This document shows, piece after piece, positions 59,349-64,000 of a DNA stretch of 64,000 nt (positions within the stretch are counted from its first letter, which is position 1; every line of letters starts with the position of its first letter). The DNA lies in contig CBDBHE010000007.1 of the NCBI GenBank assembly GCA_965205605.1, forward strand, positions 393,977-457,976, read 5' to 3'. The notes beneath the pieces are model-generated. The model did no database searches. It was given only the letters and a program-made list of their open reading frames with translations, and was not told the origin of the DNA. This stretch comes from Spirochaetota bacterium (GTDB taxonomy: Bacteria; Spirochaetota; UBA12135; COTS27; CBDBHE01). The translations under genes and the position numbers were made by a program.

Positions 59349-59666
59349 ATGTTTATATTAGACAAATCAACCAATGAAAAAACAATGATTTTAATTAATC
59401 AAACCTCTATTTATGGAGAAGATTCTATTAAATTTAAAGAATTTATAAAAGAAAAATTAAATCAAAAAATTGATGATATCCATTTAGACTTAGGAAAAGT
59501 TAAGTACATTGATAGCACTACAATTGGTAGTTTGCTATACTTTATTCAAATCTTAAAAAAAAAAAAAAAAAAAATTCATATCGATAAAATTACAGATGAA
59601 CTAAAAGAACTCTTAGAAGATCTAATGTTAGGAAAATATATTCATATTAATATAAAGAAAGGCTAA
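59349..59666 (+). CDS. STAS-domain anti-sigma-factor antagonist (SpoIIAA/RsbV-like), containing an internal A20 tract
   Basis: LDLGKVKYIDSTTIGSLLYF is the conserved STAS core. A20 at 59555-59574 encodes the K6 stretch. Confidence 0.75.
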   Translation: MFILDKSTNEKTMILINQTSIYGEDSIKFKEFIKEKLNQKIDDIHLDLGKVKYIDSTTIGSLLYFIQILKKKKKKIHIDKITDELKELLEDLMLGKYIHINIKKG

Positions 59667-60313
59667 GCTTTTTTTAATTGTAAAATCGTTTCTTCAAAAT
59701 AAGGTTGCTTATAAAGAAAATTTCCTACAACGGCAATATCCACTCCTGCTTTTTTAATTTCATGAATATTATCCCCATTGACTCCCCCATCAATTTCTAA
59801 ATCAATTTCATACCCTCCTTTGTTAATTTTTTCCCTCACCAAACAAGCTTTCTCTAAAACAGCCTCAATAAATTTTTGACCTGAAAATCCAGGATACACA
59901 CTCATTAAAAGCACCTGATCTAAAAAAGGAAAATAATCCTCAATCCCCTCAATACTCGTATCAGGGTTATACACCAAACAAGCTTTCTTCCCTTCGTTTT
60001 TAATCTCTTGAAGTAATTGTTTAATATCATCTTGTACTTCAATATGCACACTAATAATATCCGAACCTGCTTCAATAAATTTTTTTAAATACTTCCTAGG
60101 ATTTGATATCATCAAATGAGTATCAAAAAATTTTTTCGTATATTTTCGAATGGATTCTACCACCAAAGGGCCAATTGTAAGATTTGAAACAAAATGACCA
60201 TCCATCACATCAATATGAATCAAATCAGCACTACTTTGATCTAAACGAATAATCTCTTCTTTTAAAATAGAAAAATCAGCACATAAAATAGAAGGAGCTA
60301 TTTTTAACATCAA
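59663..60313 (-). CDS. rpe: Ribulose-phosphate 3-epimerase
   Basis: APSILCADF, HIDVMDGHFVSNLTIGP, DGGVN motifs. Confidence 0.9.
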   Translation of the reverse strand: MMLKIAPSILCADFSILKEEIIRLDQSSADLIHIDVMDGHFVSNLTIGPLVVESIRKYTKKFFDTHLMISNPRKYLKKFIEAGSDIISVHIEVQDDIKQLLQEIKNEGKKACLVYNPDTSIEGIEDYFPFLDQVLLMSVYPGFSGQKFIEAVLEKACLVREKINKGGYEIDLEIDGGVNGDNIHEIKKAGVDIAVVGNFLYKQPYFEETILQLKKA

Positions 60314-60322
60314 TTAATTCTC

Positions 60323-61222
60323 TTAAACCCTAATCCCTTGATAAAAACTCTCTTCCTCTTTAGATCTTTTTTTCCATCGAGGGTGCATCCAAAAATACTG
60401 CTCTGGATATTGTTTGATGATTCCTTCAAAATAACGATGCAACAATTTTAAATCTGAAACCATCTCTCCTTTAAATTTAATTTCTTCAACAACAACACGA
60501 TGATTTCCCTTACCATCTCGTAAATCATAACAAACAAAAACAGGAGATTTCGTTTTTTGATAAAAAAAAGAAGGCCCTCTCATCGTACTTGCCTCATGTC
60601 CAAAAATAGGAATAAACACTCCCCCCACCGCAGCATTTTGATCAATCATTAATCCCAAAATTTCTTTATTTTTAAGCGCTCTAAAAGAAGGTAAGAGAGA
60701 TTGCTTTCTTGCAATAAAACAAGCATATTCCCTATTTTGATAAAACAACTTATTTAACAACAAATTGTCCAAAGGACGTATAATACAATTCGCTCTAGTA
60801 GAAAGCTTATACCCCAAAGCATACACCGGCCAAAACCAATTGCTGAAATGATAACTACAAACAATCGCTCCCTTTTTTTTAAGCGCTTGCTGCAAAAATT
60901 CAAATCCATAAAAAGTTGTTTTTTTAAGAAAAAAATTCGAACTAACCGACTTAAATTTAAAACTCTCAAAAAAAGTCTTCCCTGTCTCTCTAAAAGAACG
61001 TAAAACAATTTTTTTTTTCTTTGCAAAAGAAAGCTGCTCTCCATAAACAATAGAAAGGTTAATAAAACAAACCTTCCTAGCTGAAGCAATTAAATAATAA
61101 AAAATAAAACCAAAAAAAGATCCTAAAACAAGGACCCATTTATGAGAAAGCCTGTTAATAAAAAAACTAAAAAAACGAACAGGTAAATATTCTAAATAAA
61201 TAATAAATTGACTTTTAGCCAC
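60323..61222 (-). CDS. Lipid A biosynthesis lauroyl/myristoyl acyltransferase family (LpxL/HtrB-like)
   Basis: N-terminal TM, H(X)4D-type region (YHFSNWFW), GLMIDQNAAVGGVFIPIFG, C-terminal EQYFWMHPRWK typical of LpxL-family proteins. Confidence 0.75.
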   Translation of the reverse strand: MAKSQFIIYLEYLPVRFFSFFINRLSHKWVLVLGSFFGFIFYYLIASARKVCFINLSIVYGEQLSFAKKKKIVLRSFRETGKTFFESFKFKSVSSNFFLKKTTFYGFEFLQQALKKKGAIVCSYHFSNWFWPVYALGYKLSTRANCIIRPLDNLLLNKLFYQNREYACFIARKQSLLPSFRALKNKEILGLMIDQNAAVGGVFIPIFGHEASTMRGPSFFYQKTKSPVFVCYDLRDGKGNHRVVVEEIKFKGEMVSDLKLLHRYFEGIIKQYPEQYFWMHPRWKKRSKEEESFYQGIRV

Positions 61223-61348
61223 TTATTGAGTCATAAAATGAATCATAAAAAATCACTTTACACATATTTCTTCTATAAAGTGATTTTTTTTTCTTTGATT
61301 GTTTTATAAATAAAATTGATCTATCTTATTTAATAACGATCGATTTTC

Positions 61349-62095
61349 TTACCAATCATCAACCATATCATCGACATCTCGATTTCTTTCATCTTCAAGA
61401 AACATATCCGTTTGAGCTTCTAATTGATCTAAGTAAAGATAATACTGACCGACTGTTTCTCTCATATCGCATTCAACATACATCGATGTCACATACAATC
61501 CTCTTCTTTTTCCTCTTTTAGAAGCAAAACGTGGATCACTTTGAACAATAGCTTCTCCAATCTGACCTGTTAATCGATTCCAGCCTGGAAAATTAAGCTT
61601 GCGACCTAATCTGATTTTATGTAACTGACCTGTGATATCTCTAACAATCGCATACAAAACATGAGAATAATTTCTACCAGCAACCCAAACTGAAAGACTT
61701 TTAACAATTCCCGGTACATCTAGCTCCCTGGGTGGCTTAACTCCAAAAACAGCATTCCCTGTTTTAAAAAAATTAACTCTTGCTCCAAGACTATATTTAT
61801 TTTTCTCAGGGTCAGCTTTTTTGATTTCATCCGGCCCCCCTTCTCTTCTTTGAACAAAAATTAGACCCCAATCACGTGGCATTATCCCAACCCAAGAATC
61901 GGCATCTTCAAAATTATCTAACAAAATACCTCTGATACTTTCAAGACCTTTCTTACTGAGAATCGTCTCCTCCCCTTCTTTATTATTATCCCCCGTTGCT
62001 TGTTGATTATTATCTTGTGCTTTAACAAAAACAAAAGAACAACTCAATAAGATAAAAAATAAACAAATTCGACTTATTATTTTTTTTACTTTCAC
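61349..62095 (-). CDS. Secreted protein (signal peptide), paralog 1 of a tandem pair; possibly spirochete FlaA-like flagellar sheath protein
   Basis: Signal peptide MKVKKIISRICLFFILLSCSFVFVKAQ. Core LSVWVAGRNYSHVLYAIVRD..G.LHKIRLGRKLNFPGWNRL is shared with the upstream paralog. FlaA assignment is from memory of the family pattern and is not verified. Confidence 0.5.
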   Translation of the reverse strand: MKVKKIISRICLFFILLSCSFVFVKAQDNNQQATGDNNKEGEETILSKKGLESIRGILLDNFEDADSWVGIMPRDWGLIFVQRREGGPDEIKKADPEKNKYSLGARVNFFKTGNAVFGVKPPRELDVPGIVKSLSVWVAGRNYSHVLYAIVRDITGQLHKIRLGRKLNFPGWNRLTGQIGEAIVQSDPRFASKRGKRRGLYVTSMYVECDMRETVGQYYLYLDQLEAQTDMFLEDERNRDVDDMVDDW

Positions 62096-62161
62096 TTTAA
62101 CCTCTCCTTTAATTCTTCAAAATTAAAATACTTTTTATAATACCCTTAAAAAAAATTATTC

Positions 62162-62938
62162 TTATTTTTTCTCTTCTTCTTTTTTAAAACCACGTTCTCT
62201 ATCAAAGAAAACATCCTGCATTTCAATCCCATCAAATTTACCATCATACAAATCTGTAAAAATTCTAAAATAATCTAAAAAGAAAGAAAAATAATCAACC
62301 CGTTCATCTTTTCCAGAATACACTCGAAATCTTCTAAAAAGAAGCCCCCCTTGTTCCTTAGCAATATACGTCCTTTGCAACGCAATCACCGCTGGAATCT
62401 TAACCTTAATGTGTTTCCAACCAAAGTATCTCAAATTAGAAACCTTAAAGTCATACGCATAACCAGCTTCATTTTCAAGTGTCACATAAAGATCGTAATT
62501 ATAATTCGCTCCCCACGCCCACAAATCTAAAGCCTTTAACTTTCCAGGAAACGCTTTCTTATAATTTGGACTCCCTTCTAAAGGAACAATATCAAACCAA
62601 TTGTGCCCTTGTCTAGACCAAGAAGCATTCACTCCAAAAGATTTCTCTGACATTTCTCCAGGAACGTATTTTAAAGGCTTGGGTATGCCATCATAGTATC
62701 CCACTTTAAGTTCGTTTTCAAGAAAATACTTAGAGCCTTTAATTTCAAATTTTTCATTCTCTTCAAAGCTATACCAAACAATGGTTTTCTCATATTCCTT
62801 TTGCTCATTTTTCTGAGCAACCATTTTTAAATTAATTATCGCTACAATAATTAAAAAAAATTTTATAAATTTTATAAAACAAGTAAAAATATTGTTTTTC
62901 ATCATTCCCCCTACATTAAGAATTAATATTTTTTTCAT
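62162..62938 (-). CDS. Secreted/membrane-anchored protein, paralog 2 of the tandem pair (FlaA-like?)
   Basis: Hydrophobic N-terminus. LDLWAWGANYNYDLYVTLENEAGYAYDFKVSNLRYFGWKHIKVKIP is collinear with paralog 1's VWVAGRNYSHVLY...LNFPGWNRL. Confidence 0.5.
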   Translation of the reverse strand: MKKILILNVGGMMKNNIFTCFIKFIKFFLIIVAIINLKMVAQKNEQKEYEKTIVWYSFEENEKFEIKGSKYFLENELKVGYYDGIPKPLKYVPGEMSEKSFGVNASWSRQGHNWFDIVPLEGSPNYKKAFPGKLKALDLWAWGANYNYDLYVTLENEAGYAYDFKVSNLRYFGWKHIKVKIPAVIALQRTYIAKEQGGLLFRRFRVYSGKDERVDYFSFFLDYFRIFTDLYDGKFDGIEMQDVFFDRERGFKKEEEKK

Positions 62939-63078
62939 TTTTCTAAATAAAAAATCCTAAAAAACATCTCTTTTTGGAGCTTTTTTATAAGGATGATTAT
63001 AATCTTATTCAGCTACAAGTGTCAAATTTACTTGAAACTTGCTTAGTTGTAAAACTTATCGGATCATTTTTAAAAAAA

Positions 63079-64000
63079 CTAAATTAATTTAAGTATTTTT
63101 TCTCCTATTTGTTTAATAAAAGATGCTAGCTTCGGGCCATCGTTTCGATTAATAAGAATTTGATAAAAAAATTTAAAAAAAATTTTACTTTCTAAAGAAT
63201 GTTTTTTAATCATTTCATAAAGAAATTTCGAAATTTCTTTTTCATTTACTTCACCTCCTCCATTTTCTATCCATCCTCTTACCTCTTTTAAAGCTTTTAT
63301 ATATTCCTTTGAAGCTTTAAGTCCACTCACCTCTCTTTTTTCTTTATTTAATTTAAAAAGAAACTCCTTAGGTGCATATTTTTCAATCCAATTTAATGCA
63401 CACTCAAAACGCTCTTTTAAAAAAACTAAATCACTTTCTTGTTTTAATTCCTTTTTATAATAATTTAAAACACTATTCCACTCTCCCTCATTAATTTGAA
63501 TAATATTACATAAATGACGAAACGAAGCTCTAAAAGGAATTTTTTCTTTCCTCTCCTCTAAACAAGAAAGCTCATAAATCCTCTTAATCTTCCCATACAA
63601 TTTTTCAGAAACAACTTCTTTGCCATAATATTTTTTCTCCATTCGATCAAAATCTTCATATATTTTCAAAACATCCAAATCAAAACTAATCGCAAATTCC
63701 ACATTCGCTCTATAAGAGGCAAACAAATACCTTAAAACCTGTCCCTCATACACCTCCAAAGATTCCTCAACTGTCACCACTTCTCCCTTACTCGAAGAAA
63801 TCTTCCCCCCCCTCCCTTTAATCCTCACAAAGTCATACATCAAATAAACAGGTGCTTCATACCCAAACACTTTTCTAGCAATCTCTTTGGCCGTATCATA
63901 CGATCCTCCCTCAGATGAATGGTCCTTACCCCCAGACTCAAAATCAACCCCCCACCGTTTCCATCTCATCGGCCAGTCCACTCTCCAAAGTAGTTTTATC
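63079..64000 (-). CDS. lysK: Lysyl-tRNA synthetase, class I type (C-terminal portion; gene continues beyond the window end)
   Basis: KISSSKG is the class-I LysRS variant of the KMSKS motif (KMSSSKG in the archaeal/spirochete type). Reading frame is open to nt 64000. The track ORF begins at an internal GTG. Confidence 0.6.
   Translation of the reverse strand, partial: IKLLWRVDWPMRWKRWGVDFESGGKDHSSEGGSYDTAKEIARKVFGYEAPVYLMYDFVRIKGRGGKISSSKGEVVTVEESLEVYEGQVLRYLFASYRANVEFAISFDLDVLKIYEDFDRMEKKYYGKEVVSEKLYGKIKRIYELSCLEERKEKIPFRASFRHLCNIIQINEGEWNSVLNYYKKELKQESDLVFLKERFECALNWIEKYAPKEFLFKLNKEKREVSGLKASKEYIKALKEVRGWIENGGGEVNEKEISKFLYEMIKKHSLESKIFFKFFYQILINRNDGPKLASFIKQIGEKILKLI

Overview
This 64 kb window is very AT-rich (roughly 30% GC by eye) and comes from a bacterium that uses the standard genetic code. 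Its proteins are lysine-rich and homopolymeric A/T runs are frequent. Coding density is high and most genes lie on the minus strand.

Core content, 6.2-23.5 kb, all on the minus strand: a complete and syntenic str / S10 / spc / alpha ribosomal super-operon.
- Gene order: rpsL-rpsG-fusA-tuf-rpsJ-rplCDWB-rpsS-rplV-rpsC-rplP-rpmC-rpsQ-rplNXE-rpsZ-rpsH-rplFR-rpsE-rpmD-rplO-secY-infA-rpmJ-rpsMK-rpoA-rplQ.
- adk and map are absent from this cluster.
- rpmJ is too short for the ORF track and was found by hand-translating the gap.

Flanking housekeeping genes: priA, a DksA/TraR-type zinc-finger protein, a rhomboid protease, nadK, a MoxR ATPase, a ManC-like guanylyltransferase, miaA, rpoZ-gmk, secDF-yajC and an SPFH protein.

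Nitrogen, amino-acid and related metabolism:
- gltBD (NADPH glutamate synthase) and amt-glnK.
- leuA, followed by an orphan accB.
- A Liv-type ABC importer operon led by a PaaK-like CoA ligase.
- cutA, hemF, a NUDIX hydrolase, larB, rpe and an LpxL-family acyltransferase.
- One tRNA-Pro(GGG).

Accessory content that deserves follow-up:
- A signalling locus combining a receiver-PP2C-HATPase triple fusion (the receiver carries Asn at the phospho-acceptor position), a convergent Hpt protein and a divergent STAS protein. The STAS gene contains an A20 tract and the shared promoter region an A16 tract.
- A 554-aa fusion of an unknown, possibly nucleotidyltransferase-like N-domain with a DAGK_cat lipid-kinase domain.
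- A polyprenyl-synthetase-like protein with degenerate Asp-rich motifs.
- A degenerate LytM (M23) protein.
- Two tandem paralogous secreted proteins, possibly spirochete FlaA-like sheath proteins.
- Several lineage-specific hypotheticals.

Lineage clues (tentative): a class I LysRS fragment at the window end, the tandem FlaA-like pair, LpxL and abundant partner-switching components would fit a low-GC spirochete-like diderm. I cannot confirm this from sequence alone. No CRISPR array, transposase or integrase is visible.
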